A stretch of 64,000 nucleotides of DNA, taken from positions 45,461 to 109,460 of the forward strand of contig CAZUHB010000004.1 of NCBI GenBank assembly GCA_964620445.1, written 5' to 3'. Source of the DNA: an uncultured Phycisphaerales bacterium (GTDB lineage: Bacteria; Planctomycetota; B15-G4; CAYZWU01). The translations under genes were made by a program, and so were the position numbers. Shown piece by piece: positions 48,185 to 57,805 of the stretch. The notes beneath the pieces were generated by a model. The model made no database searches, was not told where the DNA came from, and worked only from the letters and a program-made list of their open reading frames with translations. The first letter of the stretch is position 1; every line of letters begins with the position of its first letter.

Positions 48185-48700
48185 ATGGCTGGAACGGAAC
48201 GAACAGACAGGACCGTTACCCTGGAGCGGCTCGCCCGCGCCGACACCTTCGGTGTCGTACTGGAGGGGGAGTCTTTCCCGGCGCCCTTCTCCCGGAGAGA
48301 CTGCGTCTGGTCCGAATGGATCTACAACAGCGCCGATCTACCGGCCGAAAGTGGTTTTCATTCCGGTGAGAGCGAGGGCGGCGACTTTCGGGCGAAGACC
48401 GAGTTCGGCAGCCTCATGATCGATTCCCGCACGATCCGGCCCTACATCGCACCCTCCTTCGAGGGCGGGATGATGCGAAAAAGCGAGGAGGACCTGGTGA
48501 CCGAGTACTGCCTCGAGACGTCGCGAACCTATTTTGCCAGGGTGGAGGCGGCCACCTATTCCCTCCCCGGCTTCAGGTTCTTGCCCTTTGTTCCCCGGCG
48601 CAGGACGGTTTTGCTGCTGGTTCTCTCCGATCGCGCTTTCTCCGGCCGCAGGCCTGTCCCGCCCCTGGTGCCGACCTTCCGGGGAATGGCCTGGGGCTGA
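48185..48700 (+). CDS. Hypothetical protein
   Basis: GGAGG upstream; protein-like composition; fills the gap between same-strand genes. Confidence 0.55.
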   Translation: MAGTERTDRTVTLERLARADTFGVVLEGESFPAPFSRRDCVWSEWIYNSADLPAESGFHSGESEGGDFRAKTEFGSLMIDSRTIRPYIAPSFEGGMMRKSEEDLVTEYCLETSRTYFARVEAATYSLPGFRFLPFVPRRRTVLLLVLSDRAFSGRRPVPPLVPTFRGMAWG

Positions 48701-48851
48701 TAATAAATCACTCCTTCATTCAGCGAAGAAATCCTTTAATCTATAGGGTGCGCGGTGCCGCATTGCGTTGCGGCGGCACCCGGTCCCAGGGGGAGTACCC
48801 TGCCCGGGCGAATGCCCGATCGGCAACGCGAAGCAGAACCAGAGGGTGATC

Positions 48852-50423
48852 GTGAACAGAGACGAGAGAATTTCCCGCCGGCATTTCGTTCGCACGTCGG
48901 CTGCCCTCGGCGCGGGTATGGCCCTCGGCGCCGGCACGGCGCCCGGGGTGCCGCTCGCCAGGCCGCTGAACGCCCGGCATCCTGCCCAGGCCCCCGGCGC
49001 GCGGCCCCACATCGTTCTCATCATGACCGACCAGCACCGCGCCGACTGCGTGGGGTGCAGCGGCAACGAGGTCATCCAAACACCCCATCTCGACGCGATC
49101 GCGGCCGAAGGGGTCCGGTTCGCGAACGCGTTCAGCTCCACGCCGAGCTGCACGCCGGCGCGGGCCGCGCTCCTCACGGGGCTTTCGCCCTGGAATCACG
49201 GCATGCTCGGTTACGGACGGGTGGCCCGAAAATACCGGCACGAACTTCCCGGCTTGCTGCGCGGCGCCGGCTACTACACTTTCGGCATCGGCAAGATGCA
49301 CTGGTATCCGCAGAGATCGCTCCACGGCTTTCACGGGACCCTGATCGACGAGAGCGGCCGGGTCGAGACAGAGGGATTCGTGAGCGACTATCGCAAGTGG
49401 TTCCAGGAGCAGGCGCCCGGTCTCGATCCCGACGCAACCGGAATCGGCTGGAACGAACACCGCGCCGGCACCTATCTGCTCGCCGAGGATCTCCATCCCA
49501 CCTACTGGACCGGGCAGACGGCGGCCGATCTGATCGACAACCACGACCGGGACAAACCGCTCTTTCTCAAGGTTTCCTTTGCGAGACCGCACAGCCCCTA
49601 CGATCCGCCGCGGCGCTTTCGCGACCTCTACGGAACCGAAGAGATCCCGGCGCCCAGCGTGGGCGGCTGGGCAAAGAAGTATGCCTCCTTCCCCAGGACC
49701 AAGAGCGCGGCCTTCGGCGATTACGGCGCGGACCACGCGCGCGCGTCGCGTCGGGCCTACTATGGAAACGTCACCTTCATCGACGAGCAGATCGGCCGCA
49801 TCGTGGGGGCGTTGAAGAGGCGGGGCATGTACGATGATGCCCTGATCCTGTTCACCGCCGACCATGGCGACATGCTGGGCGACCATCACCACTGGCGCAA
49901 GACCTACGCCTACCAGGGTTCGGCCAATATCCCGATGGCGATGAAATGGCCGGGCGGCATCGACGCGGTTCCGCCGCCGGGCAGTACGCTGCACCAACCG
50001 GCCGAACTCCGCGACTGCCTGCCCACCTTTCTCGACGCTGCCGGCGCGCGCACGCCGCGCGGGCTCGACGGCCTCAGCCTTCTCGACCTGGTGCGCCGGC
50101 GGGAGGCTTCCTGGCGGGAATGCATCGACATGGAGCATGCCACGTGCTATCGCGAAGAGAATTACTGGTGCGCGCTGACCGACGGTAAAAGAAAATACAT
50201 TTATTTCTTTCCAAAGGGAGAGGAGCGGCTTTTTGATCTAGTCAATGATCCGCACGAGAAACACGATCTCGCCGCGGACAGACGCCGCGCCGAAGATGTG
50301 GAGCAGTGGCGGGACAAAATGATCCGGCACCTCTCCGAGAGGGGGGACCGGTTCGTCAAGAAAGGCAAGCTCCAGACCAGAAAGAAATCGATTCTCTACT
50401 CTCCTCATTATCCCGGAGACTGA
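48852..50423 (+). CDS. Tat-exported arylsulfatase (Cys-type)
   Basis: SRRHF twin-arginine signal; IMTDQHR; CTPAR sulfatase signature; GKMHW; ADHGDMLG. Confidence 0.92.
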   Translation: MNRDERISRRHFVRTSAALGAGMALGAGTAPGVPLARPLNARHPAQAPGARPHIVLIMTDQHRADCVGCSGNEVIQTPHLDAIAAEGVRFANAFSSTPSCTPARAALLTGLSPWNHGMLGYGRVARKYRHELPGLLRGAGYYTFGIGKMHWYPQRSLHGFHGTLIDESGRVETEGFVSDYRKWFQEQAPGLDPDATGIGWNEHRAGTYLLAEDLHPTYWTGQTAADLIDNHDRDKPLFLKVSFARPHSPYDPPRRFRDLYGTEEIPAPSVGGWAKKYASFPRTKSAAFGDYGADHARASRRAYYGNVTFIDEQIGRIVGALKRRGMYDDALILFTADHGDMLGDHHHWRKTYAYQGSANIPMAMKWPGGIDAVPPPGSTLHQPAELRDCLPTFLDAAGARTPRGLDGLSLLDLVRRREASWRECIDMEHATCYREENYWCALTDGKRKYIYFFPKGEERLFDLVNDPHEKHDLAADRRRAEDVEQWRDKMIRHLSERGDRFVKKGKLQTRKKSILYSPHYPGD

Positions 50424-50440
50424 CGTAAAGGAGTCACTGA

Positions 50441-50671
50441 ATGAAAGTCACCATTACCTACTGCGGTGAATGAAACTACGAACCGAGGGCCGCCGGTCTG
50501 GCAGGCTCGATCCAGAAAGAACTGAACCTCTCCGTCGATCTGATCCGCGGAAGCGGCGGTATTTTCGACGTTGTCGCCGATGGACGCGTCCTCTTTTCCA
50601 AGTTCGCCGTCGGCCGTTTTCCCGAAGAAGCGGAGGTCATCGAACCTCTGCGGAAGCTCATCACCCAGTAG
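50441..50671 (+). CDS. Rdx family (SelW/SelT/SelH-like) selenoprotein, CxxU, 76 aa
   Basis: AAGGAG RBS; translates MKVTITYCGE-U-NYEPRAAGLA...GSGGIFDV...LFSK...GRFPEEAEV; TGA at 50471-50473. Absent from the ORF track. Confidence 0.92.
50474..50508 (+). promoter_or_regulatory. Bacterial SECIS hairpin of the Rdx gene
   Basis: GGGCCGCC-GGTCT-GGCAGGCTC with a one-A bulge. The loop follows a 21-nt spacer and its GGUCU resembles the apical sequence of the E. coli fdhF SECIS. Confidence 0.8.
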
Positions 50672-50678
50672 CGGAACA

Positions 50679-51227
50679 ATGGTCGAGAAGCGAATCGTCA
50701 TCGAGACGCACGCCATCCTGTGCAAGTCAAAGAGAGTGAAGAAGAAGCTCCTGGCGGCGCTCCGCCTGGTGGAGAAGGTCGTCAACGGCCGCGCCTTCGA
50801 GAGGCAGGTCATCGGCCACACCTATCACGACGGCAAGCGCCGGATCCGGGGCTACCACATGTGCGACCTCGCGCCCGATGAGGTCTACGAGAAGATCATG
50901 TCGGGCGCCGATCTCTACACGCCCGCTGACGGCGATTTCGACATCAGGTGGAAGGTCAAGAAGCGTTCCCTTTTCTGGAGGATCACCTCGAACACGATCG
51001 GGTATACCTATCCGTTTTCGCGGACGATCAACACGTACGAGTGGTTCATCAAGAAGCGTCGCCCCCCGACGGTCGCCGGACACCTCATGCACGAGTATCT
51101 GCACAACTGCGGTTTCGTGCACGGCGCCGGGCGGAGCAAGCTGCGCAACCGGTCGGTACCCTATGCGGTCGGCTACATGGTCAAGAATATCGCCTGGTCG
51201 ATTTACAGGGGTGGAAACGACGAGTGA
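50679..51227 (+). CDS. Small basic zinc metalloprotease-like protein (HExxHxxGxxH)
   Basis: HEYLHNCGFVH followed by SVPYAVG. Confidence 0.75.
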   Translation: MVEKRIVIETHAILCKSKRVKKKLLAALRLVEKVVNGRAFERQVIGHTYHDGKRRIRGYHMCDLAPDEVYEKIMSGADLYTPADGDFDIRWKVKKRSLFWRITSNTIGYTYPFSRTINTYEWFIKKRRPPTVAGHLMHEYLHNCGFVHGAGRSKLRNRSVPYAVGYMVKNIAWSIYRGGNDE

Positions 51228-51266
51228 CGGAGCCCGGCGGTCGGGCTGATTCAAGGAGAAAGACGA

Positions 51267-52079
51267 GTGGTACGGATCGGTTACTATCAGTTTGCGCCCT
51301 CCTTCGGCGAGAAGGATCAAAACCTGGCAAAGGTGGTTCACGCGCTGTCCGGTGTCGAGGCCGACATCGTGGTCCTGCCGGAGCTTCCCTTCACGGGGTA
51401 TCTTTTCCGAGACCGAGCCGAACTCGAAAGCATGGTCGAGGATCCGTTGCGGTCGCCCATCGTTGAAAGCCTGGCCGGACTCTGCAAGGAGAGGGACTTC
51501 TATCTCGTCACCGGCTTTGCCGAACGCGCCGGGGAGAAGTGTTTCAACAGTGCCCTTCTCATCGGGCCCGAGGGGCATCTTCACACGTACCGGAAGCTCC
51601 ACCTCTTCTGCGAGGAAAAAAAGATCTTCGACGCGGGGGATACTCCTCTCGCCGTGCACACCGTTCGCGGCACCAGGATCGGCATGATGATCTGCTTCGA
51701 CTGGGCCCTGCCGGAGGTGGCCCGCACCCTGGCGCTCGAGGGCGCGGACGTGATCTGCCACCCCTCCGATCTGGTCCTCGACTACTGCCAGCAGACCATG
51801 GTGTCCCGCTGTATCGAGAATTCCCTTTTCGCCGTGACCGCGAATCGTCACGGCACGGAGAAGCGACCCCACGGTACGGTCACTTTTACCGGGCGGAGCC
51901 AGGTGGTCGAGCCCCGGGGCGAACTCCTGCACCGGAGCGCCGAGAACTCGGACGAACTCTTTCTGGCCGACGTCGATCCCCGGCGCGCGCGGGACAAGCA
52001 GATTACTCCCTGGAACGATCTGCTCGCCGACCGGAGGCCTGAATTCTACGAGGCCCTCGGCCGAAAGGGGCCGTCATGA
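51267..52079 (+). CDS. Carbon-nitrogen hydrolase (nitrilase superfamily)
   Basis: Glu-Lys-Cys triad context: VLPEL, YRKLHLF, MICFDW. Confidence 0.92.
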   Translation: MVRIGYYQFAPSFGEKDQNLAKVVHALSGVEADIVVLPELPFTGYLFRDRAELESMVEDPLRSPIVESLAGLCKERDFYLVTGFAERAGEKCFNSALLIGPEGHLHTYRKLHLFCEEKKIFDAGDTPLAVHTVRGTRIGMMICFDWALPEVARTLALEGADVICHPSDLVLDYCQQTMVSRCIENSLFAVTANRHGTEKRPHGTVTFTGRSQVVEPRGELLHRSAENSDELFLADVDPRRARDKQITPWNDLLADRRPEFYEALGRKGPS

Positions 52080-53488
52080 AACAACACACGAGAAGGGAAT
52101 TCATCGCGATCGCGGGGTTGGGCGCCGCAACCCTCGGGTTGACAGGGTGTGCGACGGGCGCCCTCGGCCGCGGGGAGCGTGCGCAAAAACCGAACATCAT
52201 TCTTTGCATGAGCGATGACCAGGGATGGGGCGACACCGGCTACAACGGCCACCCCGTTCTGCAGACGCCGCATCTCGATGCCATGAGCCGCGAGGGGATC
52301 CGATTCGGACGGTTCTATGCCGGCGCGCCCGTCTGCTCGCCCACGCGGGGGAGCTGCCTCACCGGACGGCATCCTTACCGCTACGGCATCAAGGGCGCCA
52401 ACAGCGGCCACATGCCCGAGCGGGAGGTCACCCTCGCCGAGGTTCTCAAGGCCGAGGGATACACGACGGGCCATTTCGGCAAGTGGCACCTCGGCACCCT
52501 GACCACGTCGATCAAGGATTCCAGGCGCGGCAGGCCGGGCGATCGGACCCACTACGCGCCGCCCTGGGAGCACGGATTCGATGTCTGCTTCTCGACCGAG
52601 GCCAAGGTGCCCACGTGGAATCCCATGATCGAGCCGGGCACGGTCGACGAACCGTACGGCACCCACTACTGGACCGGTCCAGAGGAACGGGCAACGGAGA
52701 ACCTCGAGGGCGATGACTCGCGAGTGATCATGGACCGCGTCGTTCCCTTCATACGCGGCGCGGCGCGCGAGGGGAGACCGTTCTTCGCGGTGATCTGGTT
52801 CCACGCGCCCCATCTGCCATGCGTGGCCGGTCCGCGGCATCTCGACATGTACGGCCAGAACGCGTACTTCGCCTGCATCACCGCCATGGACGAGCAGGTG
52901 GGGCGGCTCAGAAGAGAACTGGCCGATCTCGGCGCGGCCGGAAACACGATGTTCTGGTTCTGCGCCGACAACGGTCCGGAGGGGAAGAAGTCCACCGGCC
53001 AAAACGGCTCGGCCCGATTGCTCCGGGGGCGCAAGCGCAGCCTTCGCGAAGGGGGGGTGCGCGTGCCCGGTCTGCTCGTCTGGCCGGACAGGATCGGCAG
53101 GCCGCGCTCTTTGCACCTCCCCTGCTCGACGAGCGATTACTTTCCCACCGTGCTCGATGCGCTCGGACTCGATGGAGCGGACCGGACCGAGCCGCTCGAC
53201 GGGATCAGCCTCCTTCCCTTCGTGGACGGAAGCGAGGTCGAGCGCCCCTGTCCGATCGCTTTCGAATCGGGCAGGCAGCTCGCCCTCATCGGCAATCGCT
53301 ACAAGATCTATTCCGGCGACGGAGGCAAGACGTTCGAGCTCCACGATCTCGTCGAAGACCCGGCGGAGAGCATCGATCTGTCCGACAAGAAGCCGGAGGT
53401 GGTGAGCGCCATGCGCCGCTGCCTCGACGAATGGCGGGAGTCGTGCCGGGCGAGCCACGGTCAGCGGAGGCGCTCGGAGGAGCGATGA
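52076..53488 (+). CDS. Tat-exported sulfatase (Cys-type)
   Basis: TRREF twin-arginine signal; MSDDQG; CSPTR; GKWHLG; ADNG. Confidence 0.92.
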   Translation: MKQHTRREFIAIAGLGAATLGLTGCATGALGRGERAQKPNIILCMSDDQGWGDTGYNGHPVLQTPHLDAMSREGIRFGRFYAGAPVCSPTRGSCLTGRHPYRYGIKGANSGHMPEREVTLAEVLKAEGYTTGHFGKWHLGTLTTSIKDSRRGRPGDRTHYAPPWEHGFDVCFSTEAKVPTWNPMIEPGTVDEPYGTHYWTGPEERATENLEGDDSRVIMDRVVPFIRGAAREGRPFFAVIWFHAPHLPCVAGPRHLDMYGQNAYFACITAMDEQVGRLRRELADLGAAGNTMFWFCADNGPEGKKSTGQNGSARLLRGRKRSLREGGVRVPGLLVWPDRIGRPRSLHLPCSTSDYFPTVLDALGLDGADRTEPLDGISLLPFVDGSEVERPCPIAFESGRQLALIGNRYKIYSGDGGKTFELHDLVEDPAESIDLSDKKPEVVSAMRRCLDEWRESCRASHGQRRRSEER

Positions 53489-53492
53489 AACC

Positions 53493-54503
53493 TTGAAAAC
53501 ACTTCTTGCCAGGCTGGTCGTTTTGATTGGAATCCTCTTTCTCCTCGCTGCCGCGGGGAGCGAGGCGGATCCTCCTCTTGCCGGACCCCCCGGCCAGGAG
53601 GCTCCCGACGAAACGGACCCCGGGGACGGACTCGCCCCGAAACGGAAAGTCAGCTTCCAGCTCGAATTCGCCTTCCTCATTCATGGTGTGACGCGGACGA
53701 TCTACTTCTGCTCCCTCGTTCCCCAGACCATCCCTTCCAGGCAGACAGTGGACGTGGAGTACTCGATCGCTCCCGACAACGTCTTTTCCGACGGGATGAC
53801 GCGTTATGCCGTCTGGTTCTTCCAGGAGCCCGCCGACACCTTTCAGCTCACGATCGAGGTGAACGCCGAGATCTACCGATCGGATCTGACCACGATCCGC
53901 TCCAACGGGGGAACCGGTCTCGTGGACGCGGAAACACTGAAGGAGTTCGTCGCCTCCGAAAAGTGGATCGAGAGCAGCGCCAAATCGATCGTGGCGGCGG
54001 CAAAGGACATTCCCGACGGGGAGGACGCGGTATCCACCGCCCGGAACGTTTTCGATTTCGTTCGGGCGAACGTGAAGTACGGCGGATACAACGCGGAGAA
54101 CTGCGGAGCGAAAAGGACACTCTCCCTGGGCACGGGCGATTGCACCGAGTACAGCGATCTTTTCGTCGCCCTCATGCGAGCCAAGAAGATCCCGGCCCGT
54201 GTGGTGACCGGCTGGATGAGCGAGTGGTCGGCGGAAGGATCGGGTAAACACAACTGGGTGGAGTTCTATTCCGGCCGATACGGCTGGATCCCCGCCGACG
54301 TGCTGCTCGCCGATCAGGGGAGAGCATCCTTCGACAGGCTGCCGAACGGTTACCTCTATTTCACGCAAAAGCGGAACGACAAGCAGAATCCGGATTTCTG
54401 TCTGTGGCGAACCAAGTCCCTCGGCGACCCTGTCACGGTGGAGGCGGAATGCCGCGTTTTGGAGACCGAGGGCGAAACCCTTCCCGAACCGTCGAGATGG
54501 TAG
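53493..54503 (+). CDS. Transglutaminase-like domain protein
   Basis: GDCTEYSDLF, HNWVE, WIPAD (Cys-His-Asp triad); signal peptide. Confidence 0.85.
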   Translation: MKTLLARLVVLIGILFLLAAAGSEADPPLAGPPGQEAPDETDPGDGLAPKRKVSFQLEFAFLIHGVTRTIYFCSLVPQTIPSRQTVDVEYSIAPDNVFSDGMTRYAVWFFQEPADTFQLTIEVNAEIYRSDLTTIRSNGGTGLVDAETLKEFVASEKWIESSAKSIVAAAKDIPDGEDAVSTARNVFDFVRANVKYGGYNAENCGAKRTLSLGTGDCTEYSDLFVALMRAKKIPARVVTGWMSEWSAEGSGKHNWVEFYSGRYGWIPADVLLADQGRASFDRLPNGYLYFTQKRNDKQNPDFCLWRTKSLGDPVTVEAECRVLETEGETLPEPSRW

Positions 54504-54680
54504 CGTACCGGGCGCCGCAGGCCGCCGAAAGGGTCGGGCCGAATGTCCGGTGGACGTTCGGAAGGTGTTCAGGCTTTATAAAAGATCTTGGATTTGTCGA
54601 TTGAATCCGGATGAAATGACGTACAAGGCAACTGCGCGATCTGTCGCGCCCCGTGTTACATATATGAGGTACGAACATCG

Positions 54681-56222
54681 ATGGAGAAGAGCATGGCACT
54701 CAATAGATCAGCCGTGATAGTCGTCTTTCTGGCCGGCATTTTGTCGATCGCCTGGGCCTTGCCGGAAGAAACCGAAAAGAACACCTTTTTCCCCGCCTGC
54801 ACAACACCCGAGGAAGAGGGCATCGATTCGGCGATTCTCGTCGAGATGATCAACGAGATCACGAGGCTGAACGCCGACCTTCACAGCATCATCGTGATCA
54901 GGAACGGCCGCTGCGTTCTGGAGAGTTACGTCTTTCCTTACGGTCCGGACGAGACTCACAACCTCAAGTCGATCTGCAAGAGCATCATTTCGGCCCTCAC
55001 CGGAATCGCCCTGCGCGACGAGGTTCTGAAGAGCCTCGACCGGACCGTGGCGAGCTATTTTCCCGGCCTTCTCGAGGGGGAGAAGGATGCCCGCAAGAAG
55101 GCGATCACCTTGCGCCATCTGCTCACGATGACCTCCGGGATCCGGCTCGACGAGGAAGGGCCGGCCATGACACGCATCATCAACAGCGACGACTGGATCA
55201 AGAACACTTTCGACATTCCCCTGGTGGCCGATCCCGGCACGACGTTCACTTACAGTTCGGCGCTGGCCCACACCATGTCGGTGATCCTCTCCAAATCGAG
55301 CGGCAAGAGCCTGCTCGCCTACGCGAAAGCCGTTCTCCTGGAGCCGCTCGGCATCGAGACCGAGAAGGTTCTGTGGACCACCGACCCGAAGGGTTATCAC
55401 TACGGGGGGAGCGAGCTCTGGCTCACGCCGCGCGACCTGGCCAGGTTCGGCTGGCTCTACCTGAACAAGGGAGATTGGTACGGAAAGCAGATCGTCCCCG
55501 CCAAGTGGATCGAAGAATCGACCACCAACCACCTGAAGGAGGGCACTCCGATCCAGTACGGTTACTGGTGGTGGCTCGTGCCTGGCGGCAGCTACGCGGC
55601 CAAGGGGTGGGGCGGCCAGGTCATCGCCGTGATTCCGGACCAGGAAATGGTCGTGGTCATCACCGGCGCCGATCATGGACTGCCCTCGAGGCTCATCCCG
55701 CCCTACGTGATTCGCGCCGTTCTGTCGGACGATCCCCTGCCGCCCAATCCGGAGGCGTGCCAAGCTCTCGATGAAGCCGTCAAGAAGCTCGCCGCTCCGG
55801 ATTCGAAACCCCCGGCGGAACTCCCCGAAATCTGCATGAAGATTTCCGGAAAATCGTGGGAGCTCGAGCAGAACCCGATGCAGTACGAGAGCGTCGGACT
55901 CGAGTTCGACGAGAAATCGAAAACGGAGTGCACCCTGGTCGTGGGGACCCCGAACGGACCGGTTCGGTTCAAGGTGGGACTCGACGATGTCTACAGGATC
56001 ACCACGACAGGAAACCTGGGAAGCAAACCGGCACGCAATGCGTGGGCCATGAAAGGCGGATGGAGGGACCCGGAGGCATTCAGTCTCGACGCTCACGAAA
56101 TGGGGAGTCCCTTGCACATCAAGCTCGATCTTCGATTCAAGGACGACCAGCTCGAGATCGTCGGTTCGTCCAGGCCTCAGGGGCGGCTCTTTTCCCTGAA
56201 GGTGAAGGAATCAGGGGGTTAA
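54681..56222 (+). CDS. Serine hydrolase (beta-lactamase class C / NylB-like), secreted
   Basis: SxxK motif (KSICKS), FTYSS, YGYWWW, AKGWGGQ. Confidence 0.88.
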   Translation: MEKSMALNRSAVIVVFLAGILSIAWALPEETEKNTFFPACTTPEEEGIDSAILVEMINEITRLNADLHSIIVIRNGRCVLESYVFPYGPDETHNLKSICKSIISALTGIALRDEVLKSLDRTVASYFPGLLEGEKDARKKAITLRHLLTMTSGIRLDEEGPAMTRIINSDDWIKNTFDIPLVADPGTTFTYSSALAHTMSVILSKSSGKSLLAYAKAVLLEPLGIETEKVLWTTDPKGYHYGGSELWLTPRDLARFGWLYLNKGDWYGKQIVPAKWIEESTTNHLKEGTPIQYGYWWWLVPGGSYAAKGWGGQVIAVIPDQEMVVVITGADHGLPSRLIPPYVIRAVLSDDPLPPNPEACQALDEAVKKLAAPDSKPPAELPEICMKISGKSWELEQNPMQYESVGLEFDEKSKTECTLVVGTPNGPVRFKVGLDDVYRITTTGNLGSKPARNAWAMKGGWRDPEAFSLDAHEMGSPLHIKLDLRFKDDQLEIVGSSRPQGRLFSLKVKESGG

Positions 56223-56227
56223 CCGGA

Positions 56228-57568
56228 GTGTCGTCGAAGAAGTTCGATTCCCGGAAGCAGACCGAAGCGATTCTGGAAAGTGTTGCCGACGGAGTCTTCA
56301 CCGTGGACCGCGACTGGCGGATCACCCTCTTCAACCGGGCCGCGGAGGAGATCACCGGTATTCGCAGCAACGAGGCTGTCGGCCGTTACTGCTGGGAGGT
56401 GCTGCGCGCCAGCGTGTGCGAGAACGACTGCGTCCTGCGCCGCACCATGGAGACGGGCCGGCCGCTCGTGAATCTTCCGATCTTCATCGTGCGGGCCGAT
56501 GGCAAGCGGATTCCGATCAGCGTCAGCACCGCTCTGCTGAAGGACGCCTCGGGAGAGATCCTCGGCGGGGTGGAGACCTTTCGCGACCTTTCGCTCGTGG
56601 AGGAGCTCCGCCGCGAACTGAAGGAGAGCCGCTCCCTGGGCGACATCGTGAGCAAGAATCCCAAGATGATCCAGCTCATGGAAATCTTGCCGCGCATCGC
56701 GGAGAGCGAGAGCACCTTCCTCATCGAGGGCAAGAGTGGCACGGGAAAGGAGATCTTCGCACGCGTGGCCCACGAGCTGAGTCCTCGAGCGCGCAAACCG
56801 TTCGTGGCGCTCAACTGCGGCGCCCTGCCCGACGAACTTCTCGAGAGCGAGCTCTTCGGTTACAAGGCGGGCGCTTTCACCGACGCGCGCACCGACCGAC
56901 CGGGCCGCTTCGCTGCCGCCCAGGGGGGGACGCTTTTTCTGGACGAGATCGGCGATGTGTCGCACGCCATGCAAGCCAAGCTCTTGCGCGTCTTGCAGGA
57001 GCGGCAGTACGAGCCCCTCGGATCGACCGAATCGGTCGACGTGGACGTTCGCATCATCGCGGCCACGAACAAGAACCTGAAGAGCCTGGTGAAAAAAGAG
57101 AAGTTCCGCGAAGACCTTTTTTACCGGATCAATGTGGTGCGCATGGTGCTTCCGCCTCTGTCAGAGAGGAGGGAAGATATTTCGCTCCTGGTGGAGCACT
57201 TCGTGGAGCGCTTCAACAGGCTCCAGTCCCGCCACATCCACGGCGCCACCCTCGAAACCTTGTCCGTCCTTACGCGCCACGACTGGCCCGGCAATGTGCG
57301 CGAGTTGGAGAACGCGATCGAGCACGCCTTCATCCTCTGCCGGGGAGACTGGATCGAGGCCAAGCACCTGCCCGAGCAACTCGTCCCGGAAGAGACGACC
57401 CAGTCGGTGGGTGGCGGATTGACTCTCGCAGACCTCGAGGCCCGCGCAATCAGCGAGAGTCTGGAACGGAACGAATACAGGCGCATGGCCACGGCCCGCG
57501 AACTGGGTATCGACAAGAACACGCTGCGGCGGAAGATTCTCAAGTACAACATTCCTCTACCACACTAG
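56228..57568 (+). CDS. PAS-domain sigma54-dependent transcriptional activator (bEBP)
   Basis: PAS (ADGVFTVD), [44 protein letters not shown], Fis-type HTH. Confidence 0.92.
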   Translation: MSSKKFDSRKQTEAILESVADGVFTVDRDWRITLFNRAAEEITGIRSNEAVGRYCWEVLRASVCENDCVLRRTMETGRPLVNLPIFIVRADGKRIPISVSTALLKDASGEILGGVETFRDLSLVEELRRELKESRSLGDIVSKNPKMIQLMEILPRIAESESTFLIEGKSGTGKEIFARVAHELSPRARKPFVALNCGALPDELLESELFGYKAGAFTDARTDRPGRFAAAQGGTLFLDEIGDVSHAMQAKLLRVLQERQYEPLGSTESVDVDVRIIAATNKNLKSLVKKEKFREDLFYRINVVRMVLPPLSERREDISLLVEHFVERFNRLQSRHIHGATLETLSVLTRHDWPGNVRELENAIEHAFILCRGDWIEAKHLPEQLVPEETTQSVGGGLTLADLEARAISESLERNEYRRMATARELGIDKNTLRRKILKYNIPLPH

Positions 57569-57622
57569 GCGGTGTGGCCCTCCGACTGACCAATGGTTGT
57601 TCGATTTCCCCCTGTTGAGTGT

Positions 57623-57673
57623 GGTGCAAAATTCACCTATCGCGAATTCATGTGGGTGCAAAATGAACCTATC
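57623..57673. promoter_or_regulatory. Tandem candidate activator-binding sites
   Basis: GGTGCAAAATTCACCTATCG (from 57623) and GGTGCAAAATGAACCTATCG (from 57655), 32 bp apart, each quasi-palindromic. Confidence 0.6.
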
Positions 57674-57765
57674 GGGTGGTGAGCAACGACCCACATGAAA
57701 TTGGTGTGTATTTGATAACTTGTTAAATATTAATAGGTAAAGGATATTATTTGTTTTTTGTCTCT

Positions 57766-57782
57766 TGGGAATAGCAGTTGCG
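57766..57782 (+). promoter_or_regulatory. Candidate sigma54 -24/-12 promoter of the NifX/Mrp operon
   Basis: GG(57768-57769)-N10-GC(57780-57781): GGAATAGCAGTTGC, with TTGC at -12. Confidence 0.55.
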
Positions 57783-57805
57783 TTCCTTTTGTGCGGAGAA
57801 ACAAA

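Noticed and set aside
54539-54561. Hairpin CCGAATGTCC-GGT-GGACGTTCGG as a terminator or ncRNA
   Set aside because: No U-tract and no second copy was noticed, so it is too weak to assign.
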